A stretch of DNA of 63,197 nucleotides, filler included, from Trichosphaerium sp. ATCC 40318 (taxonomy: Eukaryota > Protista > Tubulinea), in assembly GCA_038496445.1 (NCBI GenBank). It is 3 parts of 3 records of this genome, joined end to end, with 100 filler letters (N's around TTAATTAATTAA, not from the genome) between each part and the next. Parts side by side here need not be neighbours in the genome. Positions count along the whole stretch, not along the records: positions 49,960 to 63,197 come from JALMLS010000591.1; 2 more parts are not named here. One strand, written 5' to 3'. Below the pieces are notes generated by a model. That model was not told the origin of the DNA and searched no databases. It worked only from the letters and a program-made list of their open reading frames with translations. The position numbers and the translations under genes were made by a program. Below are positions 49,960 through 62,221 of the stretch, piece after piece (position 1 is the stretch's first letter; every line of letters starts with the position of its first letter).

Positions 49960-50317
49960 CCTCTGGTATTGGATTAATCCAGGATATTGAGATTAATCTA
50001 AAAGATGTTACGACATAAGTCTCATTCACAGATACATACTTATAGTTATTTATTCCACTGTTGGTTAAGTAACTTTCCAATCTCAAAAAGTAAACAGTAA
50101 GTAACTTTACCAACCACTTCGCAAGTTTCCCAAATTCAATAGGCATTTAGCGATTGGTTTCCATTTTATTCTTTAGTTGACTGTATTATTAGTCATGGCA
50201 TAGGAAACATTACGTAGGCAACCTTGTTGGAGTTTATTACTTTGTTTTATTGTCGCTGTCAATCTCAGTTAGAACATGTTTAAGTATTTGAACTACTTTT
50301 TGCACTTATTAATTTGC

Positions 50318-53300
50318 TAAATTTGTAAATGTCGAATACTTGACCAAAAATGTCAAGTTTTTGGAGATGGGTGTACTGAGCGCCATTAGTACCTCTTGTA
50401 ATAAAAATTTATTTTTAATGTATGTACAGGTATACAAGTAGTCCTAAACCGAGGTAAAAAATACAAATTGAAAGCCTTTAACAAATTTTATTTAACAACA
50501 AAGGAAAAGTATTTTATTTGACATTTTTTTTTTGGGCTACTCTGTGTAGTTCTTACGTGTTGTTCTCTTTTTTGAGGCCACCTGTAAGCGTTTATTGTAT
50601 AGGCTGACTGTTTTGAGCTCTAAACTTGGAATTTTAGCCAACTTTTTGCCGTTTCACAACTTGTGTCTGTTGTTCCATCCGACGCTTTTTTACACGTATT
50701 GTGGTTTTCTTTGCTTTGCCCTTTTTTGGTTGCTTTTTTTCAGTAGCCTTGCTTTTTTTTTCTGCTGCTTTTTTTTTCTTTGCCTTAGCCTATGTAGGAT
50801 TTAGTATTAAATATGGATTGAGCATTCATACTATCTTTCGATCTATGATTTTATGAGCAACAGCAATAATTTTAGCTGAGTTTATTTTTCCTACAAAAAA
50901 GCTTAACGTTGTTTACATATTTACTTACTTCTCTTAGCAATGACACCCAATTGGACACCCTTTTGGTGCTTTGTAGCACTTTTGAGTGTTCCCACACCTC
51001 CAACACCTTTCAGTAAGCGTTGGCATTGTCTGCAGAGGTTTCACAGTACGCTACTAAAGCATCAACTACTCTATTTGATGTTCCCTTTTTAGCTCTAGCT
51101 AACTTCAATGCATCTTGAACAACACGATTGTTTCCTTCACTGGTGTTGTTAGTACGATGTGAGTTAGCTTCTACATCATGCATATATGTATATGGCGCCC
51201 AAGTACAAGGTGGCCACCTAAATAAAACAACATTAGAACAAATAAATTGATTACCAATATGGACCATTTGTTTTGTGGTGCAGGAGTTATATAATGCTTC
51301 TTTAAGTAGTTCAAATGGGTTTTAACGTTTTTTCCAAGGTACATGCCATCCTATACACGCTTAGTCAATGTTCAAAAACGTACTGGTACCTCATAGCACT
51401 CTGCCCATGTTTCTTCAAATTCTTCTTTGGTGGTTGCACTGAATAATTTATCAGCAACACGCTCACACCATGCATACTCCCCTTCATTGGCCTCCCCACC
51501 CATACCATGCTTCAAGCGCTTTTTTCGGAATGCATCTGCTACATGAAAGCGACAGTGGTGCATTTTAAAATCCTCTGGCCATACTTCTTTAGCTGCTAAA
51601 ATTCAATGTCAGAAAAAAAAATGTGAAAAAGAGAAAAAACAATACCTTTTCGAATGTTGAGCTCACAATCAGCCATAATACGCTCAAAAAAGAACCCATA
51701 TGTGTCTCGAAGGTGCCTAAACGCGAAAATATATTCTTGTAAAGTTTTACCCTCTGTAAGCGCCCATCCAAGGTTCATACCCATTGTACTTGTTTCTGAC
51801 TCTGCCCTGATCCAGTAGAGCATGGCCTGACAAAATAAGTGAACAGAGGGAAGTAAATAATGGACAAAATGCTTACATGTGCGCCTGTGTCCGATACTTT
51901 GTGTATGGAATCCATGTATAGTGTTTTGGTGTTGGCTTGTTTGAACAGCGAACCAACTTCCAAATTTATATAAGAAAAAACAACATGCTCAGCAATAAGT
52001 ATTTGGATAGTTTTGGGGTATTTAAGATGAATGTGGGTAAACAACTGTGCCTTGTAAGGAATAAATAATTAAGCTTGAGTACCTCTGGATGTAATCTGTC
52101 CATATTATGCGCTTTACGCACTTGTGACGCCATAGTATAGCCACTAGGTACTTCTGAAGTGTTTACATTATTTTTTGTGGGATCTTTTAAAAAAGATTGC
52201 AGCTGAGTGATTGTTAGTGTTATGTACTGCACATACTATGCTCACAATAGTAGTTGTTCGGATACCCAGTTCAATATCTTTTTGTATTTTCTTTCCTGCC
52301 GCATAACTTAATTTTAACTTGAACTCTGGGGTGGGTTGACACGCTTCATTGTGTTCTAAAAAGAAATAAGGTGGTTTTTTCATTTGAATGAGTTTATGCA
52401 CCTGTAGTTTGCGACAGTTTGATCATTTTACCATCTCTAAGGTTTTCCTGATGCAATATTACGCGGGCTTTACATATCTTACGGTTAGGGCATTTAAAGT
52501 AATGAGCCCACACTGAATTCTTCTTGATGAGTGCTCCATTGTTGTCCGTATGCCATTGGTAGGCAAAATCTTTCTTTGTATTGGTGTAAAGTACCAAACG
52601 GTCACCATGGATCCACACTCCAAGTGTTTTGAACATTTCAGGCGTTACATCAGCCGCAACATTGTATTCTGGAGGAGTACCTTCCTCCATTATGTGTTTT
52701 AATGAGAGCAACAAATGGTTTTTAAGTTTTTGCTCCTATTTTAGCAAGTACTTAATGTTAATACCTCATACCATTGTTGATACGTTTAATAGGTCTGGTG
52801 AAAGCGCTGATAGAGTCTTAGCACGTTTCCTTTTTAAGACTCCTTGTAATTATATCAACAATCTTGTTTGACTGTCAAAAAAATATTCAAAGTCTCTACT
52901 GGACATATCTACGCGTGGAAAATGCTATCCTTGTGGTTTGAAGTGGTTTCATTCTTCGTGTTTCTTTGAAGCTTCAACCTTTTTAAAACAGTGGCAAACA
53001 ACTAATAATGCTTTAATATGACCTGTTAATGTGCAAAAGAGAGGTTAGGTAACAGCATCAGGTCTTTACATCGACATTTTACCAACTATTGTAAAATATG
53101 TATATTTAGCTTTTCTACGCGTCTGTGACGCCTATGTATCTATTTTGAGGGTGTTTGACACTTCATTGTTCTTTGAAGCCCCAAACCTCTTCAAAATTAC
53201 TGGTTCTCTTCAGATTGTTGTTTATTTAACGTGTAAATGCACTGTATTATGTATAACTGAGTCACTGTTAACAAGATACGTTATTTCAGAAAACAGTTCT

Positions 53301-53453
53301 TATTTTCGGAAGAAGTGGGCCAATCACGTGATATTATTCACAGTCACATGGTCTGACTAGTCAATAAACCAAAAACAACACTACAGTCTACAGCAAAACA
53401 ATTCACCAAAACTCGACATTTTTTGTCAAATATTCGACATTTAACATTCAAAC
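50318..53453 (-). mobile_element. Mutator-like (MULE) DNA transposon, ~3.1 kb
   Basis: Direct repeat ATTAATTTGC at 50308-50317 and 53454-53463 (9-10 bp TSD). Imperfect ~50-bp TIRs (TAAATGTCGAATAcTTGACcAAAAATGTCaAGTTTT). Internal MULE transposase. Confidence 0.88.
50514..52690 (-). CDS. MULE transposase (multi-exon; possible homopolymer frameshifts in the K-rich tail)
   Basis: WRKY/FLYWCH-like YFKCPNRKICKARV...HN. Catalytic LYMDSIHK, IMADCE, HHCRFHVADA (CxxH), RTNNTSEGNN. Confidence 0.85.
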
Positions 53454-56400
53454 ATTAATTTGCCCATATTTTCTCTAATTCTAGATTGGCTTGTTTAAGT
53501 TCTTCATTTTCTTTCAACACTTGTTGTAGCTTGTCATATGTGGTTGGTTGTTGTATTTGAGACTCATTCAAATAACTTGAGGCCCACAATTGTCTTTGCA
53601 CAAAAGTAAGTAAGGAAAGTGATTGATGCACACTTATTTTGTACCGATTGGAGGTAAAGTTGTCACAATCGTCAGAATCAGACAAGTCATCGGAACCAGA
53701 TTCACCAATACCCTGTGATGTTGCAGGTGATTTCTTTGCTCTTTTTGTTTGTTGTCTTGGTTTTCGCATAACTGTGACAATGTAACGAGCAACAGTCTGT
53801 ACATCTAAAATCACAACTTAGTCAACAAGTACATCATCAAATATATAATCACTACCTTGAGCTACAACCAGCTCATCATATACTGCCTTGTTTATTTTAT
53901 CTTGCTTCAACACCTCTCCTTTCCTGTTCACCAATACATAGTGACTTTGATATCCAGCTTTAATTGGCTTACCAACAAGATTGGCTTTATCTTGAGGGTT
54001 TTCTGTAACCTATCAATGCTTTGTAAGTAAACAAATCAATAATGTGATTGGTTGCAGTTGTGTACAGGATATACATTTCCAGGTGTAACCAAACTAAGCA
54101 CAAGTGTCTTTTTATCTTTACCAGATGTATCGTATGAACAGGCATACTCAATGCTGTGCTATTTCAAAAAACAAGTAAGATTGTCAATGGTGACTTTTTA
54201 AAAAGCACATACTGTAAAGTAGATTCCTTGTCCATAGTATCCAGAATCCAACGAACTTATCACTCCAAATCCAGCTTTTACAATACCCCAAGCGGCTTTA
54301 TGAGTTGTTCCATGAACCATTAATACAACTGGTAGCTGATTATTTGGTGAGATTTTATCATATTTCGAGGCAAACTACCTGCTCTGAATTATTGTTTGTA
54401 TTTTCGCCAACAAGTTCTGAACAACAATCTGCAACAATTGTTTTGTGACTTTTGTTGGTTGCCTGTTTCCAATCATTTTTACAAAACAAGTTACTATGAA
54501 GCTCTCTAAATAACAACTAAGCTTATTTGGAGTGAATTAAACAAGTATACATACTCATGTCTGTGTTTAAGTACTGTATTGTACATGCCAAAGTTTTGTG
54601 TCAACATATCATTGCAAACAAGATGAGCTTCTACAACATCATATTTATCATAGCCGTGCATCGTTGACATTTGTTTGTGAAGAAACTCTAGTTCTCTATT
54701 GGCTACAATATCATTTTTATTTGAATCAAGAAGATTCAGTGTTCTATAGTGCGTTGCTTTTTTAATTGTACCCCTTTTTTGTTTGACAAAAACAGTTAAA
54801 CACGAGTTAATAAATACAAGTGTAACTACTCACTTGCTATTGGATCTATCCCAGGTGTGGGCATAATGTAATCTTGGATTTAAGTCCCATGATGTCTCAC
54901 TTTTTAATCCTAAAAGTGTTATTGTCAGCTATTGAAATAACAGTGTTTTTTTACCTGTTGTGGAATGTTTACCACCATGATTTGGTGAGAAGGTATTAGT
55001 GAGTATGTGATTGCAAGCATTGCATTCACATTTTTTGAAGCTACCAATTTGCTTTGAGAGCTTCTACTCAAACTGTTAGCAAAAATAAATACAAAACAAA
55101 TACGTGGGTTTGATTATGTTGAGTAGCACAATAACTGCACAAATACAATCCATATTGAGAACAATCATAGCAAGCAAACGCTGTATAATGTTAATAAAAG
55201 AAATACCAACTAAACACATACTATCTTGCTTGGGTACTTTTTGAAGAGAATTTGTACACCATCCTTCTTTTACACACAGTTCAATGACAGACCCAGGCTG
55301 TGTAGTACTACTCCACATTTTATCTGATAAGTCGGACAGAATTCCTTCCATCAGCTCTCCTTGCTGTAACCAAAAGCTCTAAATTAAACAAAATAAGTTA
55401 ATGTACGTTTGTATTTTGTGTGTTTGTACCGAAGACTGTACAAACATGGGACTGTATGTACAAATCAAATGGCAAATGCCTTTTTGCATTGCAACTTTAA
55501 AATATGGACGTGTTGGCTTTGTGTGATTAGTGCCTAATTGTTGGTAAAAAGGCCATACCAAGTATTGCAACCATTTTGCAAGATTGAGTCGCCACTGTGG
55601 TATCTCTTTCATGTGTGCACATGATAACCATAGTCCACGACTGCATTGGTCATTTGGAAACAGTGTCAAAAGAGTTTCAAACACATTAATGAATGCAGGA
55701 TCATCATCAACCACCTGTTTTAGTATCTTAATTAAAGCTTGTTTCCATTTTATAGTTATTAATGATATGTCTGTAGTTTGTTTCAATAAAGTCTGCAAAA
55801 CTGGGTTGTGTCCAAATAATGCTAATATGAATTAAGTGACTTCAAATCAAGTATATATACCTGCATCAATTAAAGCAGTACATCCATTGTTTTCTTTGGC
55901 TTCAATGTTGGCTCCTGATTCAAGTAATACTTTTATCACATTATCATGTCCTTTAATGGCTAACAATTAAAGTGTATGTGAGTAACAGATGCTGTTATGG
56001 TTAAGCATTATCATACCTGCAACAATTAAAGCAGTACGTCCATTGTTTTCTTTGGCTTCAATGTTCAATCTTGGTTGGATGCATAACATTACGACAACAT
56101 GGAGATTGTTGCGAGCTACAAATTGGGTTGATACTTACACTGTTGGTAAATACAAACCTGAGTAGAATAGAATGTCTTTTGCTGTCTCAAGAGTATGTAG
56201 TTTTTGTTTCAGCACATCACCTAAAGGAGCAGTGTTTTTAGAAAAAGAGAACGTGTTTAAACCAAGGAAGGTACATGTTGTAATATTGGGGTATTTGCAT
56301 TGAAGCTGCGCCAATTCGGCTATTGAAGAATTTTAATAAACACAGAGGCAGATCGAAGATTCGCTTCTATTACCTTTTAATTCTGATGATTCTTCGATAT

Positions 56401-57158
56401 GTGGCTCCGTCATGAAGCGTTGTAACCAGTGTTGATTGTACGGTAAAATGGATTTAAGTTTCGCCGACGGTTCATAGAATTACTTGTGTTATGGCTCGGT
56501 GTACATTGTTTGCGTTCAACATATCTCCTCGTTCATATACAAAGCCTTTTCACACGTACGATGAGAAGATACGGAGATAGTACATTATGGCGCAATACAA
56601 ACCCAAAAATACGGTTCGTTTGCTTAAAATTATGCGCCATTTGTAGTTTTTGACGTTTTTTTTTGCCGTTCCTTTTAAACTACAACTACTGCCAAAAAAT
56701 TGGCTACATGGTCTACACGTATAGTATAAAGAGGGTTAAATCACTGGTTTGCCATCAGATTCCACACGCAACGCACTCGCGTTACGATAATGTCATTATC
56801 ATAACGAGAACCGGTAACGCGCAGCGAATTCGTTGAGCAAGTTTCTCTATCTCGCCACGCTACAGGATATCATTTACTTTTTTTTGAAAATCACGTGGGC
56901 AAGATAGATTTTTGCTCACTATATTTGTTTACAAGGTTTTTTTTCTATCCGACGCTTTTATCACGTATCGTAGCAATTAAAATATAGCGTACCGGAGCGA
57001 AAGATTAACAAACATAAAGTATGAAACGGCAACTAATTACGCCATTAAACGCTATCTACACGCTAATTATAATTAGTGCAAAGAGCCTACTGGTTACATT
57101 GCAGGTTTAAAGAGCAAACGAAGTGATTTTTGTCGTAATACAATACGTTCGTTGCAAT
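52478..57158. repeat. Left arm of a large inverted duplication (paired portion visible in the window)
   Basis: Reverse complement of 58517-63197. The ORF track shows identical mirrored ORFs. I noticed only two 1-nt indels (~56128, ~56880). Confidence 0.97.
53455..56413 (-). CDS. Ankyrin / B-box-like Zn finger / PARP-like ADP-ribosyltransferase, copy 1 (multi-exon)
   Basis: ANIEAKENNGCTALI ankyrins. ACYDCSQYGLYLCSYCATQH. MVHGTT..GYYGQGIYFT|HSIEYACSY..YDELVV (H-Y-E triad). Confidence 0.85.
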
Positions 57159-58104
57159 GATACCGAGTATGTAAGGCTTTTTACCATGCTGTCAGAATAC
57201 AGCATGTACATAGATCATCAAACCCTTTAGATGTGGTTTTCCTTTGAAAACACTAAATAACATCATCATAATTTCTTTCGCCCACTTCTTTGCTCCCAAA
57301 GCACATTGTTCCTATAAACTTCATAACTTCCTTAGGCTTGATTGCAGTGTTCCGCTATGTGTTTTTTTCGACCTTGCGCCTTGAACCCTGCCATAAATGT
57401 TTGTTGGTTTTTTTTTGTTTGTTCGATCACGTGATTCCAATTTTTTTTGAATCAAACGCGAATAGATATGTTTCGTGTAAGAATACACATCATCCGTCCT
57501 TTTGAATAACGTAAAGAAACTCATGTGTTTTTCAATAAAGCTTAAGCTTGCATACGTCGCAGTTTCAAATGCATCCGTCATTATCTTGCTATCCCTACAC
57601 CTTTTCTAGTTGGCAATAGGGTTGGCAGTAAAACAACTTTAAGTACCACATGGCAAAGAAAAACAATTATTTCTAGTGCTGTTAATCACTCGGTCTTAAA
57701 GTTGTGTCGACAAACACTGTCGTTCCTGAAAAAGAACGTGGAAGCTATTTCCAAGCGCGGGCATCATTATAATAAGATGTGAGCTCAAATTACCTTTATC
57801 ATATGTAACACAAGACGTACTATGGGTTATTGATAAAGTAGCTTCTTAATCAATGATGAGTCCATCAAGCAAGAATACTGAACGCTTCAAGAAAGCACAG
57901 AGAATTTGAAACAGGGAACAACCTTCTGTTTCCATTATGACTGAGTACTGGTGGTCAGTGACAACTGGTATACTTTCAAATTTGATTAAGTATTAACTGT
58001 TAGGTACGGACCAAAGCCATTGACTGAAGCGAGTGTTACAAGAAAGGAATCTTATTTCAGCAGTACATTTGCAATTCTTATCTTATTGCTACTGCTGGAT
58101 TACG

Positions 58105-58365
58105 CGGACCCACGTTTTTTCCGAATTTTTCGAAAGAAAAAATTCGAAAAAATAGAATTCGTAGAAAGATGCATAGCTAGGGCAGTCCACTAAACTAGAA
58201 AGCGCCTGGTTCACTTACGGTCGGGTCCTCCCTGTGCTCGGAACTAGAAACCGACCTTTGCTCACATATAGTGATCCATTGGTGGGTATAGGCATTCGGT
58301 TTTTGTATCGAATTCTATTTTTTCGAATTTTTTCTTTCGAAAAATTCGGAAAAAACGTGGGTCCG
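58105..58365. repeat. 57-bp perfect inverted repeat pair enclosing 147 bp (MITE-like or cruciform)
   Basis: 58105-58161 is the reverse complement of 58309-58365. Each arm is itself quasi-palindromic (TTCGAA motifs). Confidence 0.9.
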
Positions 58366-59262
58366 GTTTAGAGTCGGCTTTTACATTGGTTTTTAAAAAC
58401 GAGTAGTAGGCTGTACCAACCAACCTATGTAAAAGTTGTTGCAAAAGTTCTGATTCATTCGTTACATGTGCTCTTATGACAGCTTTGGATAACTTTAGAA
58501 GATAGCTCAATATCATATTGCAACGAACGTATTGTATTACGACAAAAATCACTTCGTTTGCTCTTTAAACCTGCAATGTAACCAGTAGGCTCTTTGCACT
58601 AATTATAATTAGCGTGTAGATAGCGTTTAATGGCGTAATTAGTTGCCGTTTCATACTTTATGTTTGTTAATCTTTCGCTCCGGTACGCTATATTTTAATT
58701 GCTACGATACGTGATAAAAGCGTCGGATAGAAAAAAAACCTTGTAAACAAATATAGTGAGCAAAAATCTATCTTGCCCACGTGATTTTCAAAAAAAAAGT
58801 AAATGATATCCTGTAGCGTGGCGAGATAGAGAAACTTGCTCAACGAATTCGCTGCGCGTTACCGGTTCTCGTTATGATAATGACATTATCGTAACGCGAG
58901 TGCGTTGCGTGTGGAATCTGATGGCAAACCAGTGATTTAACCCTCTTTATACTATACGTGTAGACCATGTAGCCAATTTTTTGGCAGTAGTTGTAGTTTA
59001 AAAGGAACGGCAAAAAAAAACGTCAAAAACTACAAATGGCGCATAATTTTAAGCAAACGAACCGTATTTTTGGGTTTGTATTGCGCCATAATGTACTATC
59101 TCCGTATCTTCTCATCGTACGTGTGAAAAGGCTTTGTATATGAACGAGGAGATATGTTGAACGCAAACAATGTACACCGAGCCATAACACAAGTAATTCT
59201 ATGAACCGTCGGCGAAACTTAAATCCATTTTACCGTACAATCAACACTGGTTACAACGCTTC

Positions 59263-62220
59263 ATGACGGAGCCACATATCGAAGAATCATCAGAATTAAA
59301 AGGTAATAGAAGCGAATCTTCGATCTGCCTCTGTGTTTATTAAAATTCTTCAATAGCCGAATTGGCGCAGCTTCAATGCAAATACCCCAATATTACAACA
59401 TGTACCTTCCTTGGTTTAAACACGTTCTCTTTTTCTAAAAACACTGCTCCTTTAGGTGATGTGCTGAAACAAAAACTACATACTCTTGAGACAGCAAAAG
59501 ACATTCTATTCTACTCAGGTTTGTATTTACCAACAGTGTAAGTATCACCCAATTTGTAGCTCGCAACAATCTCCATGTTGTCGTAATGTTATGCATCCAA
59601 CCAAGATTGAACATTGAAGCCAAAGAAAACAATGGACGTACTGCTTTAATTGTTGCAGGTATGATAATGCTTAACCATAACAGCATCTGTTACTCACATA
59701 CACTTTAATTGTTAGCCATTAAAGGACATGATAATGTGATAAAAGTATTACTTGAATCAGGAGCCAACATTGAAGCCAAAGAAAACAATGGATGTACTGC
59801 TTTAATTGATGCAGGTATATATACTTGATTTGAAGTCACTTAATTCATATTAGCATTATTTGGACACAACCCAGTTTTGCAGACTTTATTGAAACAAACT
59901 ACAGACATATCATTAATAACTATAAAATGGAAACAAGCTTTAATTAAGATACTAAAACAGGTGGTTGATGATGATCCTGCATTCATTAATGTGTTTGAAA
60001 CTCTTTTGACACTGTTTCCAAATGACCAATGCAGTCGTGGACTATGGTTATCATGTGCACACATGAAAGAGATACCACAGTGGCGACTCAATCTTGCAAA
60101 ATGGTTGCAATACTTGGTATGGCCTTTTTACCAACAATTAGGCACTAATCACACAAAGCCAACACGTCCATATTTTAAAGTTGCAATGCAAAAAGGCATT
60201 TGCCATTTGATTTGTACATACAGTCCCATGTTTGTACAGTCTTCGGTACAAACACACAAAATACAAACGTACATTAACTTATTTTGTTTAATTTAGAGCT
60301 TTTGGTTACAGCAAGGAGAGCTGATGGAAGGAATTCTGTCCGACTTATCAGATAAAATGTGGAGTAGTACTACACAGCCTGGGTCTGTCATTGAACTGTG
60401 TGTAAAAGAAGGATGGTGTACAAATTCTCTTCAAAAAGTACCCAAGCAAGATAGTATGTGTTTAGTTGGTATTTCTTTTATTAACATTATACAGCGTTTG
60501 CTTGCTATGATTGTTCTCAATATGGATTGTATTTGTGCAGTTATTGTGCTACTCAACATAATCAAACCCACGTATTTGTTTTGTATTTATTTTTGCTAAC
60601 AGTTTGAGTAGAAGCTCTCAAAGCAAATTGGTAGCTTCAAAAAATGTGAATGCAATGCTTGCAATCACATACTCACTAATACCTTCTCACCAAATCATGG
60701 TGGTAAACATTCCACAACAGGTAAAAAAACACTGTTATTTCAATAGCTGACAATAACACTTTTAGGATTAAAAAGTGAGACATCATGGGACTTAAATCCA
60801 AGATTACATTATGCCCACACCTGGGATAGATCCAATAGCAAGTGAGTAGTTACACTTGTATTTATTAACTCGTGTTTAACTGTTTTTGTCAAACAAAAAA
60901 GGGGTACAATTAAAAAAGCAACGCACTATAGAACACTGAATCTTCTTGATTCAAATAAAAATGATATTGTAGCCAATAGAGAACTAGAGTTTCTTCACAA
61001 ACAAATGTCAACGATGCACGGCTATGATAAATATGATGTTGTAGAAGCTCATCTTGTTTGCAATGATATGTTGACACAAAACTTTGGCATGTACAATACA
61101 GTACTTAAACACAGACATGAGTATGTATACTTGTTTAATTCACTCCAAATAAGCTTAGTTGTTATTTAGAGAGCTTCATAGTAACTTGTTTTGTAAAAAT
61201 GATTGGAAACAGGCAACCAACAAAAGTCACAAAACAATTGTTGCAGATTGTTGTTCAGAACTTGTTGGCGAAAATACAAACAATAATTCAGAGCAGGTAG
61301 TTTGCCTCGAAATATGATAAAATCTCACCAAATAATCAGCTACCAGTTGTATTAATGGTTCATGGAACAACTCATAAAGCCGCTTGGGGTATTGTAAAAG
61401 CTGGATTTGGAGTGATAAGTTCGTTGGATTCTGGATACTATGGACAAGGAATCTACTTTACAGTATGTGCTTTTTAAAAAGTCACCATTGACAATCTTAC
61501 TTGTTTTTTGAAATAGCACAGCATTGAGTATGCCTGTTCATACGATACATCTGGTAAAGATAAAAAGACACTTGTGCTTAGTTTGGTTACACCTGGAAAT
61601 GTATATCCTGTACACAACTGCAACCAATCACATTATTGATTTGTTTACTTACAAAGCATTGATAGGTTACAGAAAACCCTCAAGATAAAGCCAATCTTGT
61701 TGGTAAGCCAATTAAAGCTGGATATCAAAGTCACTATGTATTGGTGAACAGGAAAGGAGAGGTGTTGAAGCAAGATAAAATAAACAAGGCAGTATATGAT
61801 GAGCTGGTTGTAGCTCAAGGTAGTGATTATATATTTGATGATGTACTTGTTGACTAAGTTGTGATTTTAGATGTACAGACTGTTGCTCGTTACATTGTCA
61901 CAGTTATGCGAAAACCAAGACAACAAACAAAAAGAGCAAAGAAATCACCTGCAACATCACAGGGTATTGGTGAATCTGGTTCCGATGACTTGTCTGATTC
62001 TGACGATTGTGACAACTTTACCTCCAATCGGTACAAAATAAGTGTGCATCAATCACTTTCCTTACTTACTTTTGTGCAAAGACAATTGTGGGCCTCAAGT
62101 TATTTGAATGAGTCTCAAATACAACAACCAACCACATATGACAAGCTACAACAAGTGTTGAAAGAAAATGAAGAACTTAAACAAGCCAATCTAGAATTAG
62201 AGAAAATATGGGCAAATTAA
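59263..62220 (+). CDS. Ankyrin / B-box-like Zn finger / PARP-like ADP-ribosyltransferase, copy 2
   Basis: Mirror image of 53455-56413. ATG at 59263, TAA at 62218-62220. Confidence 0.85.
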
Positions 62221-62221
62221 T

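Noticed and set aside
58162-58308. tRNA, SRP or other known ncRNA in the IR core
   Set aside because: No cloverleaf, TTC T-loop or SRP helix-8 motif recognisable by eye.
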